A stretch of DNA of 32,000 bases, taken from contig NZ_JBHSTI010000008.1 of assembly GCF_042660085.1 (NCBI RefSeq), positions 1,809,876 to 1,841,875 on the forward strand, written 5' to 3'. Below are positions 30,103 to 32,000 of the stretch, in pieces. The notes below the pieces were generated by a model that was given only the letters and a program-made list of their open reading frames with translations, ran no database searches and had not been told where the DNA came from. How positions within the stretch are numbered: position 1 is the stretch's first letter; each line of letters starts with the position of its first letter. This stretch comes from Longivirga aurantiaca (GTDB lineage: Bacteria; Actinomycetota; Actinomycetes; S36-B12; CAIYMF01). The translations under genes and the position numbers were made by a program.

Positions 30103-30552
30103 TCAGTCGAGGGTGCGCGCGAGGCGCCACCGGGTGGGGACGGGCGGGCGGACCGTGGGGTCGTCGAGCAGGGCGGCCGCGGCGGCGGGGACGTCGCGCA
30201 CGAGGTCGTACACGCCGACCGAGGACGAGCGGCCCGCCCGTGCCTCGACCCGCCAGACCTCGCGCTCCACCGCACCGACGTCGAAGGCGACCGAGCGCCG
30301 CGGGGCCTCCCGGGCCTCCGCCGCCTCGGGGTCCTCGGGTGCCTGCGACCCGGCCGTCGCACCGACGGCGACGGGACGGCGACGGCGGGAGCCGGAGCCG
30401 ACCCACCACGTGCCGAGCTCGATCCAGTGGGCGAGCACCGCGCGGACGACGTAGAGCCGGCCGCGCCACAGGAACTGCGCCGGGGCCACCTCGAGGGTGT
30501 CGAGGCTCACCGGTGCCGTGCGGACCTGCACGGCCTCGCCGTAGCTGCGCAT
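30103..30552 (-). CDS. DUF6504-like protein, first gene of the dnaE2 operon
   Basis: 149 aa MRSYGEAVQVRTAPVSLDTLEVAPAQFLWRGRLYVVRAVLAHWIELGTWWV...VYDLVRD...WRLARTLD; position upstream of dnaE2. Family name recalled from pattern, not searched. Confidence 0.7.
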   Translation of the reverse strand: MRSYGEAVQVRTAPVSLDTLEVAPAQFLWRGRLYVVRAVLAHWIELGTWWVGSGSRRRRPVAVGATAGSQAPEDPEAAEAREAPRRSVAFDVGAVEREVWRVEARAGRSSSVGVYDLVRDVPAAAAALLDDPTVRPPVPTRWRLARTLD

Positions 30553-30704
30553 GACGGTCTCCCTCCCCGGCTCGTGGCCGGGTGCTCGTCCGGCGCGCGC
30601 CCGGACGGGCGGCGCGACCGGCCGGGGGAAGGCGACCGGCGGGCACCCGGCCCCGCCCGTCGGACCCGGCGCTTCCCCACGCCGAGGCCCGACTGCGGGA
30701 CCGA

Positions 30705-30746
30705 CGGTGGGCCCGTGGGGACCGCGAGCTCCCCACGGGCCCACCG
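30705..30746. repeat. 17-bp perfect-stem hairpin in the leader of the DUF6504/dnaE2 operon
   Basis: CGGTGGGCCCGTGGGGA-N8-TCCCCACGGGCCCACCG. Confidence 0.85.
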
Positions 30747-30839
30747 CGCCCCGCCCGCGGCAGCCGCGAATCCGCCGCGTGCGAGAGCTGGTGGTGCCCG
30801 TCGCCCGAACCGGTGGCCCGACCCTCCCGCGAGAGAGGA

Positions 30840-30855
30840 TCGAACACCTGTTCGA
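30840..30855. promoter_or_regulatory. LexA / SOS box
   Basis: TCGAACACCTGTTCGA, perfect dyad matching the actinobacterial/Bacillus-type CGAAC-N4-GTTCG consensus. Confidence 0.9.
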
Positions 30856-30864
30856 ACACGACCT

Positions 30865-30895
30865 ACCGTAGCCCCCACCCCCGACAGCGCGTCAA
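30865..30895 (-). promoter_or_regulatory. Candidate promoter for the minus-strand mutasome operon
   Basis: Minus strand TTGACG (30890-30895), N19, TACGGT (30865-30870); the LexA box sits immediately downstream, near the predicted +1. Confidence 0.5.
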
Positions 30896-30944
30896 GCCCT
30901 GGTCCGTCCGGCGTGCGGGCGCTGTCCGCCCCTACGCTCTGGCC

Positions 30945-31532
30945 ATGGATCCCCACGGCAGCGAGACCGACGACGGCGTCCACGACGCCGGGCCCCCGCA
31001 CGCGGGGGTCAACGCCGACGGCACGCTCGCCGTCGCGGCGCCCGACCTCACGGGCCTGCACCCCAACGCCGTGACCGTCGCCCAGGCCCTTGCCGGGCTC
31101 GGCGTCGCGGGCACCGTGCGCGCGCTGCCCGAGCCCGCGCCCACGGCCGCCACCGCGGCCGCCCAGCTCGGCTGCGAGGTCGGCGCGATCGCCAACTCGC
31201 TCGTGTTCGACGCCGACGGCAGGCCGCTGCTCGTGCTCACCTCCGGCGCGCACCGCGCCGACACCTTCGCGCTCGCCAGCCTCGTCGGCGCGTCGCAGGT
31301 GAAGCGCGCGACGCCGGAGTTCGTCCGCCAGCACACCGGCCAGCCCATCGGCGGCGTCGCGCCCGTGGGGCACCCGCACCCGCTGCGCACGGTGGTCGAC
31401 GTCGAGCTCTCCCGCCACGACGTCGTCTGGGCGGCCGGCGGCCACCCGCACTACGTCTTCCCCACGACCTACGACGAGCTGCTGCGCATCACCGCCGGCG
31501 AGGCCGCCGAGGTCGGCGAGGGCAAGGCCTGA
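30945..31532 (+). CDS. YbaK/EbsC-type aminoacyl-tRNA deacylase family protein
   Basis: 195 aa; TAATAAAQLGCEVGAIANSLVFDADGRPLLVLTSGAHRAD, VGASQVKRATPEFVRQHTGQPIGGVAPVGHP, YVFPTTYDELLRITAG. Confidence 0.93.
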   Translation: MDPHGSETDDGVHDAGPPHAGVNADGTLAVAAPDLTGLHPNAVTVAQALAGLGVAGTVRALPEPAPTAATAAAQLGCEVGAIANSLVFDADGRPLLVLTSGAHRADTFALASLVGASQVKRATPEFVRQHTGQPIGGVAPVGHPHPLRTVVDVELSRHDVVWAAGGHPHYVFPTTYDELLRITAGEAAEVGEGKA

Positions 31533-31538
31533 CCCCCA

Positions 31539-31596
31539 CCTCACGCACGGGAGTGCCAGAAAACCCCTGCTGTTTCTGGCACTTCCATACGTGAGG
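31539..31596. terminator. 58-nt near-perfect palindrome between convergent genes (terminator or REP-like element)
   Basis: CCTCACG-N6-AGTGCCAGAAA-N10-TTTCTGGCACT-N6-CGTGAGG; symmetric 7-bp outer and 11-bp inner arms. Confidence 0.8.
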
Positions 31597-31598
31597 CG

Positions 31599-32000
31599 CT
31601 ACTCGCCGGCGTACGCCGCCTCGAGGGTCGCGACGTCGAGACGGCTCATCGCGAGCATCGCCACCATCGCGCGCTGCGCGCCGTCCGGGTCGGCACCCCC
31701 GAGCAGCTCGTAGAGGCGCGTCGGCACGATCTGCCAGCTGATCCCCCACCGGTCGACGAGCCAGCCGCACTGGCTCTCGCGGCCCCCGCCGGCCAGCAGC
31801 CCGTCCCAGTAGTGGTCGACCTCCTCCTGCGAGCCGCACGACACGAGGAACGACGTCGCCTCGCTGTGCGCGAACTGCGCCGGCCCGCCGTTGAGGCCCA
31901 TGAGCTCGCGCCCGTGCAGCGACACCGTCATCGTCAGCACCTGGCCGGCCGCTATGCCCGGCACGCCCTCTCCCGCATGCGACGCGCCCAGCACGGAGGC
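31599..32000 (-). CDS. PhnB/3-demethylubiquinone methyltransferase-like VOC protein, N-terminus beyond the window edge
   Basis: LTMTVSLHGRELMGLNGGPAQFAHSEATSFLVSCGSQEEVDHYWDGLLAGGGRESQCGWLVDRWGISWQIVP; reading frame stays open to 32000. Confidence 0.9.
   Translation of the reverse strand, partial: ASVLGASHAGEGVPGIAAGQVLTMTVSLHGRELMGLNGGPAQFAHSEATSFLVSCGSQEEVDHYWDGLLAGGGRESQCGWLVDRWGISWQIVPTRLYELLGGADPDGAQRAMVAMLAMSRLDVATLEAAYAGE

Overview
High-GC actinobacterial chromosomal window; order and family content look like a Micrococcales/Cellulomonadaceae-type genome (inference). The left third is a minus-strand dcw (division/cell wall) cluster. In transcription order it is mraZ, a 49-aa membrane mini-ORF, rsmH, ftsL-like, ftsI, murE, murF, mraY, murD, ftsW, murG and murC (truncated by the window edge). 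The middle holds an RDD membrane protein plus a VDL-repeat protein, a cyclic-nucleotide-binding-domain protein, an HNH protein, a MaoC-like dehydratase and a patatin-like phospholipase. It also holds a FetAB-like ABC pair and a MoxR/DUF58/transglutaminase operon. The right third has a DUF3040 protein and a minus-strand SOS-type mutagenesis operon (DUF6504-like, SAV_6107-like, dnaE2, dinB), followed by a YbaK-type deacylase and a truncated PhnB/VOC protein. No defence island, CRISPR array, tRNA, rRNA or transposon was seen. The best signals are non-coding: a four-copy 10-bp-period GTGG (MraZ-box) array overlapping the mraZ promoter; a perfect LexA box with a ~300-nt leader and 17-bp hairpin before the mutasome operon; four genes sharing a TANNNT-N6-start leaderless architecture; a 15-bp tandem repeat between dnaE2 and dinB; and several long perfect or near-perfect palindromes. 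Coding curiosities are the 49-aa ORF inside the dcw operon and a protein with a strict alternating 10/13-residue VDL repeat. I found no convincing wholly new multi-gene system.
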